Source of the DNA: Thermodesulfobacteriota bacterium
GTDB taxonomy: Bacteria > Desulfobacterota > Binatia > Bin18
Length of the DNA: 64,000 nt
Direction: 5' to 3'
NCBI GenBank assembly: GCA_964291405.2
Contig: OZ219926.1
Span: 4,672,001 to 4,736,000, forward strand
A program made the position numbers and the translations under genes. This document shows, in pieces, positions 1 through 9,285 of this stretch (position 1 is the first letter of the stretch; the number at the start of each line of letters is the position of its first letter). The notes under the pieces were generated by a model. That model was not told the DNA's origin and made no database searches. It saw only the letters and a list, made by a program, of their open reading frames with translations.

Positions 1-1
1 T

Positions 2-337
2 GACGAAGCAGCCCAGGCGGCCGGGTATGCACGCCGGATTATCCCACCCTCGTTTGCCCCGTTTGTGGCGGTCCAAGCCTTGCTCCGGGCTTTTGACTGG
101 GAGCGAGATTTTTTGTTCAACTACCGGACCGGAACCGCCATGTTCGGCGAGCAGGAACTGGAATATCTACGGCCTCTCTACGTGGGTGAAACGCTGACCG
201 TTCGGTCCGAGGTTGCGGACGTGTACGAGAAGAAAGGGAAAAACACGTTTGACGTGATCCAGGTCCGTTTTACGGCGACGGATAACTCCGAAGCGGTGGC
301 CTTTCAGGGGGCGCAGTCGTATATCCTGTTCAAATAA
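2..337 (+). CDS. MaoC-like (hotdog) dehydratase, N-terminal-type subunit; 5' end outside the window
   Basis: Frame is open from base 2 (DEAAQAAGYARRIIPPSF...FGEQELEYLRPLYVGETL), typical of HadA/MaoC_dehydrat_N proteins; paired with the downstream MaoC gene. Confidence 0.75.
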   Translation, partial: DEAAQAAGYARRIIPPSFAPFVAVQALLRAFDWERDFLFNYRTGTAMFGEQELEYLRPLYVGETLTVRSEVADVYEKKGKNTFDVIQVRFTATDNSEAVAFQGAQSYILFK

Positions 338-340
338 CCC

Positions 341-781
341 ATGGACACCCGACCGAAAATCTTTTTTGAAGATGTGCATGAGGGTATGCCGCTCCCTCAG
401 GCGACCTATGGTCCGATGGATCGTCTGGCGTATATTCCCATAGCCATTATTCTGCGTGACACCAATCCGCTGCATCTTGACCGTGTCTACGCGCAGGAAC
501 GGGGGCTGTCCGATGTTGTCCAACAGGGCCCGCTCAACGAAACTTTTCTGTATCGTTTTCTGACCGATTGGCTGCACCGTCCCTGGGACCTGCGAAAAAC
601 CAAGCTGCGTTTTGCCGCCAACGTTTTTCCGGGTGATCGCTTGACCTGCGGTGGAGTGGTGACGCGGACATATCATGCCAGTGGCGAGCCCCTGGTCGAT
701 TGTGAGATCTGGCAGCAGAATCAAAAAGGGGAGAAGATCCTGACTGGCGAGGCGACCTTTACCTTGCCCCAACGTGGGTAG
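341..781 (+). CDS. MaoC family dehydratase
   Basis: DTNPLHLD...A..RGL...V.QG hydratase-like motif and RFAANVFPGD. Confidence 0.85.
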   Translation: MDTRPKIFFEDVHEGMPLPQATYGPMDRLAYIPIAIILRDTNPLHLDRVYAQERGLSDVVQQGPLNETFLYRFLTDWLHRPWDLRKTKLRFAANVFPGDRLTCGGVVTRTYHASGEPLVDCEIWQQNQKGEKILTGEATFTLPQRG

Positions 782-835
782 GGGAGTCTGTTGGGTCTAT
801 TGAGTCTGTTGGGTTGATTGGGTCGGGTGGCGTTT

Positions 836-1432
836 ATGCTGGCTGAAAAACGACGGCTCCGCACGCTGCTCCGTCAGCAGCGGCGGGCGCTTTCAGCCCA
901 GGATGTCAGGAAAAACAGTCAGCGGATTGCAGCTCGTTTGTGTGCGCAGGCGATGTTTCACCAGGCCCGGCAGATTCTGCTGTACAGTCCCGATGAAAAT
1001 GAGGTGGAAACCGAAGGGTTGTGGCAGGCAGCCTGCCGGCGAGGAATAGACGTCTACTATCCGAGAGTGACGGCAGATAAACAGGAGGTTGAGTTTGTCA
1101 GGCGTCACGATAACGAGCCTTTGATTCCAGGGGTTTTTGATATCCTGGTCCCACCCGGAGAAAACCTGCTCACGAGTGTCGCCCCAACTGATCTGGTGCT
1201 GGTCCCCGGCGTTGGTTTTGATCGGGCCGGACACCGGCTCGGGCGAGGCCGGGGCTATTATGATAGGGCCTTGAAAGGCATATTGGCCGGAGCGCTGCGC
1301 GTTAGTCTGGCCCATGAATGCCAGGTCGTCTCCCACATCCCTGTTGATGAGCATGACGAGCGCGTGGATTACATTGTCACGGAAGAGCGGCTGATCGAAT
1401 GTGCCGGGACCAGGCTGGGAAAAGATGCCTAG
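836..1432 (+). CDS. 5-formyltetrahydrofolate cyclo-ligase
   Basis: K..LR..LR..R N-terminus, VLVPGVGFD..GHRLGRGRGYYDR and HDERVDYIVTE motifs. Confidence 0.92.
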   Translation: MLAEKRRLRTLLRQQRRALSAQDVRKNSQRIAARLCAQAMFHQARQILLYSPDENEVETEGLWQAACRRGIDVYYPRVTADKQEVEFVRRHDNEPLIPGVFDILVPPGENLLTSVAPTDLVLVPGVGFDRAGHRLGRGRGYYDRALKGILAGALRVSLAHECQVVSHIPVDEHDERVDYIVTEERLIECAGTRLGKDA

Positions 1433-1536
1433 ACGACAGTCTGGAGAGCGGCAAGAACCGCTGCCGGCGGGGCGGGCGGTTGGATTTGCCCTCCTCGTAC
1501 CATTTCGGCTATAGTGTCTGGCGCTAGAGAACGCCA

Positions 1537-3156
1537 ATGCCAGAATACGATGTTCTTATTGTTGGTGGCGGGGTTGCCGGACTCCGGGCCGCCCTTGCGG
1601 CCAAGCAGGCTGGCGTACAGGTTGCCCTGCTCAGCAAGACCCATCCGCTACGCAGCCATTCTGCGACCTCGTCAGACGGGCTGAATGCGGCCTTTGGAAA
1701 AGACGATTCGTGGCAGCAGCACGCCCAGGATACGATACGGGCCGGGGCGGGCTTATGTGACCATGCGGCTGTTGAGGAGATGTGCCGCACGGCGTCAGAC
1801 GACATTATTCAGCTCGACCATATCGGGGTGCCGTTTAACCGGAATGCTGAGGGCAAACTCGACCGGTGGGCCCTCGGCGGGCATACCAGCCCGCGCACAG
1901 CATTTTCTGCCGATATGACCGGTCATGCAGTGCTCAACACGCTCTATGAGCAATGTATACGGGAAGAGATTCCCAGTCATGAAGAGTGGCTCGCGACCTC
2001 CCTCGTTGTTGAGGACGGCATCTGTCGCGGGGTGCTCGCCCTGGAACTTGGCACAGGTAAGCTCGATGCGTTCAGTGCGTCCGCTGTCGTGCTGGCCACG
2101 GGTGGCGCCGGGCGTGTCTATACCCCGAGCACGGCCTCGCAATCGTGCTGCGGAGACGGTATGAGCTTGGCCTATAGAGCCGGGCTCGGCCTCAGGGATA
2201 TGGAAATGGTGCAATACCATCCCCTGGGCTTTTGCGAACGGGCGGCCTTTGCCTCTGAAGGCGCCTTGGGCGAGGGCGCCGTGCTGTGCAACCCGGACGG
2301 ACAGCCCATCCTTCAGACAGATGACCTGCCGTTTCGGGACGCGCTGTGTCGCTCGCTCGCTTCCGCCGAGGATGGCGCGACACTCGATTTCCGCTCGATT
2401 GGCAAAGAGCGTATTGGCGCCCGATTCCTCTATTTGGAGCGAGCGGCCAATGATATGGCTGGTATCGGTCTGGACGCGGCGCCGCTGCCTGTCATGCCGC
2501 GCATGCATCGGGTCCTGGGTGGTGTCCAGACCGATACGAGTGGAGCAACGGCTCTCGCCGGTCTGTTTGCCGCTGGAGAGTGTGCCTCCCCTGGGGTGCA
2601 CGGAGCCAACGCCTTGACTGGAAATGCCCTGACCGCCAGCGTGGTCTTTGGTCGACGGGCCGGTAGCGCTGCGGCCGCCCATGCGTCGAACACCTCTCCA
2701 CAGGCGATTGCCGACTCGTCCACGCAGGACGCTCAACGAACACTGAAGGCGATTTTTTCCCGCCCGACGTCAGGGGATACGGTTGTCACGATTCAGCGTG
2801 CACTGGCGAACACAATGGCCGAGCACGTTGGGCTGGTACGGGACGAAGCCGGGCTGCGGGAGGCCGCCCGCTGTGTCACCGACTTACAGACTCGCTACAC
2901 TCAGGTCGGGCTCCGACATCACGGCAAGATGTATAACCATGAATTGCTCACTTTTTATGAGCTGGGAACGCTGCTCGACGTTGCCGGAGCCATCGTAACC
3001 GCGGCCCAGGAACGACAGGAAAGCCGTGGCGTCCACCACCGGAGTGACTTCCCGGCAACGAACGATGCAGAGTGGCAGCATCATTCGCTGGTGACGTGTG
3101 GACCCGATGGACCAAGCCTGGCCACCAGTCCGGTCAATGCCGGGCAGTCTACGTGA
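1537..3156 (+). CDS. Succinate dehydrogenase/fumarate reductase-like flavoprotein (divergent active site)
   Basis: GGGVAG FAD motif, RSHS covalent-FAD His, LATGG, QYHP, GLFAAGECA..GVHGAN, ESRGVHHRSDFP. Confidence 0.88.
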   Translation: MPEYDVLIVGGGVAGLRAALAAKQAGVQVALLSKTHPLRSHSATSSDGLNAAFGKDDSWQQHAQDTIRAGAGLCDHAAVEEMCRTASDDIIQLDHIGVPFNRNAEGKLDRWALGGHTSPRTAFSADMTGHAVLNTLYEQCIREEIPSHEEWLATSLVVEDGICRGVLALELGTGKLDAFSASAVVLATGGAGRVYTPSTASQSCCGDGMSLAYRAGLGLRDMEMVQYHPLGFCERAAFASEGALGEGAVLCNPDGQPILQTDDLPFRDALCRSLASAEDGATLDFRSIGKERIGARFLYLERAANDMAGIGLDAAPLPVMPRMHRVLGGVQTDTSGATALAGLFAAGECASPGVHGANALTGNALTASVVFGRRAGSAAAAHASNTSPQAIADSSTQDAQRTLKAIFSRPTSGDTVVTIQRALANTMAEHVGLVRDEAGLREAARCVTDLQTRYTQVGLRHHGKMYNHELLTFYELGTLLDVAGAIVTAAQERQESRGVHHRSDFPATNDAEWQHHSLVTCGPDGPSLATSPVNAGQST

Positions 3157-3210
3157 CGGGAGTCTCTTACTGAAGGTAGAGAATCTGAAGGCAGAGAATG
3201 GAGGGGACCT

Positions 3211-4179
3211 ATGGAAACAACATTTAAGGTCTACCGTTTCGACCCTGAAAACGGGAGCAAGCCGGATTTTGCGACCTACCAAGTAGACCTGCCGGATTCG
3301 GCGACCGTGATGGACGGGCTCAGGCAGATTCGGGATGAACAGGACCCCAGCCTGGCGTTTCGGGCCTCGTGTGAGCGGGGGTCGTGTGGCGACTGCGCGC
3401 TCCGCATAAACAAAAAGGGCCGGCTCGGCTGTAGCCTGAAAATCGCCAAAACGGTCAAGAATGGTGTTGTGACCGTCGAGCCTATTCGTAATATCCCGGT
3501 GCTGAAAGACCTCGTGTATGACCTTGAGGGCTTCCTCTGGAAGAAAATAAAGTCGGTCCAGCCCTGGATCACACCCCGCGAGCCGGAACCCGAGGGCGAA
3601 TACGTGGTCGCCGAGGAGCAACTGGCCGAAGTCCGCAAGGCAATGAGCTGTGTTATGTGCGGCCTGTGTGACGAGGGCTGCGCGGTGATTAAGATTGACA
3701 AGGACTTTGTCGGTCCGGCCGCCCTCACCAAGGCGTATCGAGCCGTCTTCGACCCGCGCGACGGGCAGCACGATGAGCGCTTAACACTCGTCAGCGAGCC
3801 TGGTGGTGTCTGGGACTGCACGCACTGTTTTGAGGCCAATGGGCATTGCCCCCTGGGACTGGAACCGACCGACCGACTCTTCGAGGTCCGTGACGAGGCG
3901 ATTCGACAGGGCATTCGCTCCGGCACCAGGAATCCCAAGGTGCAGCGGCATTACGATAGCTTCCTGAACTCGGTCAAGCGTAGCGGCTGGCTGGATGAAG
4001 GCCGGCTGGCGATCGAGAGTGAGGGCCTGACCAATATTGCCGGCTTGGCGAAACTCCTGCCCACGGTAATCAGAGCCATCCCCAAGGGCAAGGCCCCGCT
4101 GCCGTATTTCCATCACAAGCGGCCGGGCGCCGAGGCGATTCGACGCATCATAGACAAAGCCCAGAGGAGCGAAGTATGA
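3211..4179 (+). CDS. SdhB/FrdB-like iron-sulfur subunit
   Basis: FRASCERGSCGDC 2Fe-2S motif, CVMCGLCDEGC and CTHCFEANGHCP clusters, C-terminal extension typical of CCG-associated SdhB. Confidence 0.9.
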   Translation: METTFKVYRFDPENGSKPDFATYQVDLPDSATVMDGLRQIRDEQDPSLAFRASCERGSCGDCALRINKKGRLGCSLKIAKTVKNGVVTVEPIRNIPVLKDLVYDLEGFLWKKIKSVQPWITPREPEPEGEYVVAEEQLAEVRKAMSCVMCGLCDEGCAVIKIDKDFVGPAALTKAYRAVFDPRDGQHDERLTLVSEPGGVWDCTHCFEANGHCPLGLEPTDRLFEVRDEAIRQGIRSGTRNPKVQRHYDSFLNSVKRSGWLDEGRLAIESEGLTNIAGLAKLLPTVIRAIPKGKAPLPYFHHKRPGAEAIRRIIDKAQRSEV

Positions 4180-5063
4180 AGTACGCATTTTATCCAGGTT
4201 GTGTGTCGCGTGGGGCCTGTCCTGAACTCTATCCTGCTTCGGTCAAGGTGGCGGAAACACTCGGGATCGAAATCGAAGAAGTGACCGATGTCGGCTGTAC
4301 TGGTGCCGGGGTGTTGAGCCGTGATCTGTCCGACCCCATCAACGCACGCACCTTGGCCAAGGTGGAAGCCATGGGACTTTCCTCCCTCATGACGATCTGC
4401 AGTACCTGTCAGGGAGTCTTTACCCAGGCCAATCACCGCTTCCAAAACGAGCCCGAGTATCGCCAGAAGATTAATACCGAATATCTGGCCGAGGAGGGGC
4501 TGGAATACAAAGGCACGGTGGAGGTCAAGCACCTCTTATGGGTGCTGATGGAAGACTATGGGGTGGAGAACCTCAAGCCGTATATCAAGCGGAAACTGAC
4601 CGGGCTCAAGGTCGCGCCGTTCTATGGCTGCTATATCCGTCGTCCGACCTCCATTATTGCGCCCAAGGGCTTGTCGGGACGGAAAACCTATTTAGAGGAC
4701 TTGCTCGACATTCTTGGTGCCGAGTCCGTAGATTCGAGCGGCAAGTCAAAATGCTGCGGCTTTCCGATTCTGACGGTCAACGAAGAAAATTCAATGCGGA
4801 TGGTGAGCGACCATACCGGTGACGCCAAGACGAAGGGGGCCGACTGCATGGTGACGCCCTGTCCCCTGTGTCATCTCAATCTTGACGCCAACCAGCCGAC
4901 GGCAGAGAAACAGGCGGGGACACAGATCGGGATGCCGATTATCCACCTGCCTCAGCTCCTGGGTCTGGCCTTTGGCTTCGATGAGAAGGAAATGGAACTC
5001 CAGCGGCATATCGTTTCGACCGAAGCCGTTTCGCGTCAACTGGAGGTCAGTATCAGATCATAG
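4176..5063 (+). CDS. CCG-domain protein (HdrB/SdhE-like subunit)
   Basis: YAFYPGC, GCTGAG, CSTC, PFYGC, KCCG, PCPLC motifs; ATGA overlap with the SdhB gene. Confidence 0.88.
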   Translation: MKYAFYPGCVSRGACPELYPASVKVAETLGIEIEEVTDVGCTGAGVLSRDLSDPINARTLAKVEAMGLSSLMTICSTCQGVFTQANHRFQNEPEYRQKINTEYLAEEGLEYKGTVEVKHLLWVLMEDYGVENLKPYIKRKLTGLKVAPFYGCYIRRPTSIIAPKGLSGRKTYLEDLLDILGAESVDSSGKSKCCGFPILTVNEENSMRMVSDHTGDAKTKGADCMVTPCPLCHLNLDANQPTAEKQAGTQIGMPIIHLPQLLGLAFGFDEKEMELQRHIVSTEAVSRQLEVSIRS

Positions 5064-5076
5064 TGCGCGCCCCTCG

Positions 5077-6108
5077 ATGCAGACGAGAAAGACATTTCGC
5101 CAACCCGACGAAATCTTTGCGCTCCTGACCAAAGAGCCCCTCTCCCCACTCTACCTCTTTCATGGTGAGGAGGCATACTTCATTCATCGCGCCATCGCTC
5201 TAGTGCGGGCGCGTCTGGGTGAAAACCCGGCAGTGCATACGTTTTATGCGGGAGAAGATCCTCTTGAGCGGCTACTTGAGGCTTGGGGTAGTGCCTCACT
5301 TTTTGCCGAACGTCAATTAATCGTACTCAAGGGCGCAGGCCAACTGTCCGCCGCCGACCGGGAAAGTCTGGCGACTGAAGCCGAGCTCCGGGATGACAGT
5401 CAGCCCCTGGTGGTCTGTGTGCAGGGCAGGGCCAACCTCAGCCAGAAATTCTTTTCTGTGTGTGCAAAGCGTGGTTTTGTTGGCGAATTCCGTTCGCCTT
5501 TTATCAACCAAATCCCCGGCTGGGCGCAGCGTTTTGCTCGGGAACGGGGGGTCCGTCTCAACGCCGAGGCGGCCTCGTATTTGGCCGATCATGTTGGAAC
5601 GGATTTGCTCGCCCTGTCCACCGAGATCGACAAGCTGGTTGCCTTTGTTTTCCCGGCAACTGAAATAGATCAGGAGGTGGTCAGGCAATGTACGGGAGAT
5701 CTGCATCAGCACTCGGCCTTTGATCTGGCTGATGCTTTGGGACGGCGCAACAGCAAACAGGCCGTCCGCCTGGTACAGGATGTATTGAGTGATGAGAAGC
5801 GGGCGCTCCCCGCCTTGCACGCGCTGGTCAGTCATTTCCGGCGTGTGTGGCGGGTCAAGGATTTGTCCGACGTGAATGCCCCGAGCAGCCAGATTGAACG
5901 GGTGGTCGGGCTGCGAGGACAGCGGCTCCGCGCTTTGGTAGAGCAGAGCCGTGTCTTTTCGGGCGCAGACCTGCGCCGCATCCTGCAACATGCCTCGCAA
6001 TTAGACCTTGCCCTCAAATCGAGTCCGACCTCTCCCCGCCTCTTATTCGATGCCTTTATTCTGGACGCCTGTGAGGGCACGGCCGTTGAAGGTAGGCCCA
6101 AACTGTGA
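5077..6108 (+). CDS. holA: DNA polymerase III subunit delta
   Basis: PLYLFHGEEAYFI, SLFAERQLIVLK, L..EIDKL, FDLADAL, D..LKSS motifs. Confidence 0.88.
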   Translation: MQTRKTFRQPDEIFALLTKEPLSPLYLFHGEEAYFIHRAIALVRARLGENPAVHTFYAGEDPLERLLEAWGSASLFAERQLIVLKGAGQLSAADRESLATEAELRDDSQPLVVCVQGRANLSQKFFSVCAKRGFVGEFRSPFINQIPGWAQRFARERGVRLNAEAASYLADHVGTDLLALSTEIDKLVAFVFPATEIDQEVVRQCTGDLHQHSAFDLADALGRRNSKQAVRLVQDVLSDEKRALPALHALVSHFRRVWRVKDLSDVNAPSSQIERVVGLRGQRLRALVEQSRVFSGADLRRILQHASQLDLALKSSPTSPRLLFDAFILDACEGTAVEGRPKL

Positions 6109-6452
6109 CAGACAAAACGACCCACGCCCAAAACCCCGGCCAACTCGGCCTTGCTTTCGTTTCTGCTACAAGTGAGGCTGCACCCCCGCGTCAGGAAAGC
6201 GGCCACCACGCACAGGCCGGACTTGCTAGCCTGCTTCCCCACGTCCAGACTACATTCCTTGGGGCCCCTTTAGACGAGGTGGACCAGGAAATCCTGCCCT
6301 TACTTGAGCTGTGCGAATCGGTGTTAACGCGGGTGCTTGACGTTGCCAGGAAAAGAGGGGACCAGGGCTGGTCCGAGGCGGAATACCGTAGCCTGCGCGG
6401 AATCGGCCAGGCCCAATGGTTGCTGATTGAGGCCCAGGCCAAAAAGCGCTAA
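6105..6452 (+). CDS. Hypothetical protein
   Basis: GTG overlaps the holA stop (GTGA); helical C-terminal half; no recognisable motif. Confidence 0.45.
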   Translation: MTDKTTHAQNPGQLGLAFVSATSEAAPPRQESGHHAQAGLASLLPHVQTTFLGAPLDEVDQEILPLLELCESVLTRVLDVARKRGDQGWSEAEYRSLRGIGQAQWLLIEAQAKKR

Positions 6453-6523
6453 CGCTTGAGCCGGAATTCATGCCATCGGAAAGTTGAATTCCTATTGTAC
6501 GATCCGTTTCGTTGCCGGGCCTC

Positions 6524-6787
6524 AGAAAAAACCCCGACAGTGCTACGTCCGTAAGGACGTCCCGTGGGTGATGAACACGGGCTGCCGGGGCTACGGTGGT
6601 GCCTGGTCCTCCCAAGCGACCACCCGATTTGGGATAGGTCGGCCTAGGAGGCCACCACCTCACTGATCACCGTCGTTGATAACTGCACTAGACCACCTCC
6701 TTTCTCGGCGCACCCAGCGCGGGTCCAGAATCCGCTCAGCCAGGAACCGATCGCCGTTACCGGCCCGAGGCTCGATCCGCTCTGTCC
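6524..6787 (-). ncRNA. Candidate structured small RNA / sORF-bearing transcript
   Basis: Minus-strand TATAAT at 6794-6799, several GC-rich stems, and a multibranch stem ending in a U tract near 6525-6530. Confidence 0.5.
6644..6688 (-). CDS. Candidate 14-aa peptide MQLSTTVISEVVAS
   Basis: Extended SD AAAGGAGGTG 5 nt before GTG; TAG stop. Confidence 0.4.
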   Translation of the reverse strand: MQLSTTVISEVVAS

Positions 6788-6971
6788 TACCGCATTATAG
6801 GGACAGCAGCGACACGGGCTGTGTCAGCCCGACCGAAAAACTGTCCTTAGCCTACGCCCAAATGTCTCAAAGGTCCAGTGTTCACAAGAGAATACAAAGT
6901 CTGTCACTGTCCTTTTTCTGTACTGACGGCTCTTGCGGATACACGCCGTGCTCTATACAGTCCTGTGAGAC

Positions 6972-7853
6972 ATGCCCAATTTTCATGCCTTAGCCGTTTT
7001 TGAAGCCTGTGGATCGTCGACCCAAGAGATCCAAGCAGCTGTCTCATCCCTCTTCGAGTCCCTCTCTCATCAGCGTGTCCGTTACCATGAGCACGAACTG
7101 AGTGAAGGCCCGAGCGCTGCGCCGGCAGGGAAGAACTTCTACTGCATGGTGTTCGTCGACTGTGATGTCGATGCCTACACCGAAGAAAAAGCGCTGGATT
7201 TTGCAAACGATGCCTTTGAGCATATTTCGACGGAGACCTGCCAATATCTGTCCTTCGGGCTCGTTCCCGGTCGTCAGCGTGTGCAGCGCCGACGAGAACG
7301 AGAAGAAGCGAGCGCTGCCGACACAAACGAACGGGGCAGACGGCGGCGTGGAACGCAAGGCCGGGGTCGGAGGAGACGAGGCGACCAGGAAGACGGCAGA
7401 GGGGCGCGGCAGGAAACGGATCAGACCCAAGCGACACCAGGAGAAGCCGCGGTCATACCTGAGTCTGAACCGAGCGAACCGCCTCCCGCCCCAGAGCCGG
7501 AGATACAGGCGGTGGAAGTCGAGCCGGAGGAGGTTGAGGCGCCAACCGAACTTGAGGTGGACATTGAGGCCGGCGAGCCGCCCGCACCGCCACCCCGCAG
7601 TTCTGCGGCCATGCAGGTCACCGTCACCGTCAAGCTCCGGGCTTCCGAGCTCAAAGACTCGCTGAATGGCGAGGCCCCGCAGCAAGACCTCGTTCAGATG
7701 GCGATTGCCGAGGCGCGGAACCGACATCCGGAAGTCCCGGCCGATGTTGCGCCCGAATCGGAGTCCATTCCGCTCCCCGGTGGCGACACGCTGCTGTTGT
7801 TGACCTGGAAATACCCGGCTCCGGTTCCTTCCTCAAAAGAATCGGCATCGTAA
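6972..7853 (+). CDS. Hypothetical protein with globular ends and an Arg-rich then Glu/Pro-rich disordered linker
   Basis: Long ORF with plausible composition; RRRR tracts and EPE repeats. Confidence 0.6.
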   Translation: MPNFHALAVFEACGSSTQEIQAAVSSLFESLSHQRVRYHEHELSEGPSAAPAGKNFYCMVFVDCDVDAYTEEKALDFANDAFEHISTETCQYLSFGLVPGRQRVQRRREREEASAADTNERGRRRRGTQGRGRRRRGDQEDGRGARQETDQTQATPGEAAVIPESEPSEPPPAPEPEIQAVEVEPEEVEAPTELEVDIEAGEPPAPPPRSSAAMQVTVTVKLRASELKDSLNGEAPQQDLVQMAIAEARNRHPEVPADVAPESESIPLPGGDTLLLLTWKYPAPVPSSKESAS

Positions 7854-7992
7854 AGTCTCCGGCAGTTGCTCAGGCCTGCCAGTCCACCCGAACAGCACCG
7901 CTCTTCTTGTCAATACCTGAAAAAGCCTCGCTTTTTCAGGGGACCCATGTTACACAGCCGTCGTACCGGCACGGATAACGCGGAGGTGCAGC

Positions 7993-9219
7993 ATGCAACA
8001 CACCAATGACCAGCAGTATATGCTTTCCGGGGTGACAGTCCTGGATTTTACTCAATACTTGGCCGGACCGACCGTGACCCGTCTCATGGCAGAGATGGGG
8101 GCCAATATCATTAAGGTGGAACAGGCCCCCATGGGTGATCCTTCGCGTTTGCTGCCGTTTATTCAGGATGATCGCAGCGCGTATTTTGTCCAACAGAATC
8201 GCGGCAAAAAAAGTCTCTGCCTGGATTTCGACAAGCCGGAATCCCTTGAAATCCTGCGGGCCTTGATTCCGACCGTGGATGTTGTGGTTGAGAATTTCGG
8301 GCCAGGTGTGATGGAAAAACGGAATCTTGACTATTCCTCGCTCAAGACAATCAATCCCCAGATTATCATGGTTTCGATTTCCGCCTTTGGACGCAAAAGC
8401 CCACTGTCCCACAAGGTCGGCTACGATTTCATTGCCCAGGCCTTCTCCGGCATCATGCATATGACCGGTAGTCCGGACGGGCCGCCACAGTTTGTCGGGC
8501 TCGGTATTGCCGATGTCAGTAGTGGCGTCCACGCCTTTGCGGCCTTGGGTTATGCCTTATACCACCGGGAACGCACTGGTGTCGGCCAGTATATCGACCT
8601 GTCCATGATTGACGCCATGTTCCATATGCACGAGGTCAATGTGCAGGGCCATACCATGAGCAAGGGCGAGTTTGTGCCGCTCCGGATGGGGTCACATCAC
8701 CCCCTGGTGTGTCCGTGTGGGGTGTTCAAAGGACCCGAGGGCTGGATAGTCGTCCTCGTCCTGGACCGACAGTGGGCCAATATGTGTAAGGCTATGGGCA
8801 GGCCGGAGTTGATTGAAGACGCCCGCTTTGCGACCAATGCCGCGCGAGGAGAGAACCAGGGCGAACTCATTCCGATCATTGAAGCGTGGATGCAGGCGCA
8901 GCCGAGTGATGAGGCCGTCCTCCAAATCTTTGAAGAGCATCGGGTTCCGTCCGCTCCCGTTATGTCCATCACCGATATATTGAAGCACCCGTATTTCAAG
9001 GCGCGGGAGATGGTTCGGACGGTCCCCGACCCCATCCTGGGAGAAGTCACCATCCCCGGCTTCCCACTCAAGTACTCCGAGTTTCCCCGGCTCCCGGACA
9101 TTCAAGCCCCGCTTTTAGGCCAGAACAGTGCCGAGATACTGCGGGAGCAACTCAGCTATAGCAACGAAACCATCGCCGCACTCCAAGCGAAAGGGGTGCT
9201 GTATGCAGAGGACCGTTAG
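7993..9219 (+). CDS. CaiB/BaiF family III CoA-transferase
   Basis: VLDFTQYLAGP, GANIIKVE, NRGKKS, VVVENFGPG, GYDFIAQAFSG. Confidence 0.95.
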   Translation: MQHTNDQQYMLSGVTVLDFTQYLAGPTVTRLMAEMGANIIKVEQAPMGDPSRLLPFIQDDRSAYFVQQNRGKKSLCLDFDKPESLEILRALIPTVDVVVENFGPGVMEKRNLDYSSLKTINPQIIMVSISAFGRKSPLSHKVGYDFIAQAFSGIMHMTGSPDGPPQFVGLGIADVSSGVHAFAALGYALYHRERTGVGQYIDLSMIDAMFHMHEVNVQGHTMSKGEFVPLRMGSHHPLVCPCGVFKGPEGWIVVLVLDRQWANMCKAMGRPELIEDARFATNAARGENQGELIPIIEAWMQAQPSDEAVLQIFEEHRVPSAPVMSITDILKHPYFKAREMVRTVPDPILGEVTIPGFPLKYSEFPRLPDIQAPLLGQNSAEILREQLSYSNETIAALQAKGVLYAEDR

Positions 9220-9285
9220 CGTGTTCCGGACAGCCCCGATCACATTGATCGGCCTCTGGGTCAAGGTAAAAAATAGGGAGAAGGT

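Noticed and set aside
782-835. 6S RNA expected upstream of 5-formyl-THF cyclo-ligase; short gagtctgttgggt repeat
   Set aside because: The gap is only about 55 nt, too short for 6S; the repeat is two short copies with no further structure
4882-5076. N-terminal extensions given by the ORF track for holA, panB, the kinase, the second vWA gene and VapC
   Set aside because: They overlap upstream genes or lack homology-like content; downstream starts fit the families better
6530-6590. Hammerhead ribozyme in the three-way junction
   Set aside because: The CUGAUGA and GAAA core is absent on both strands
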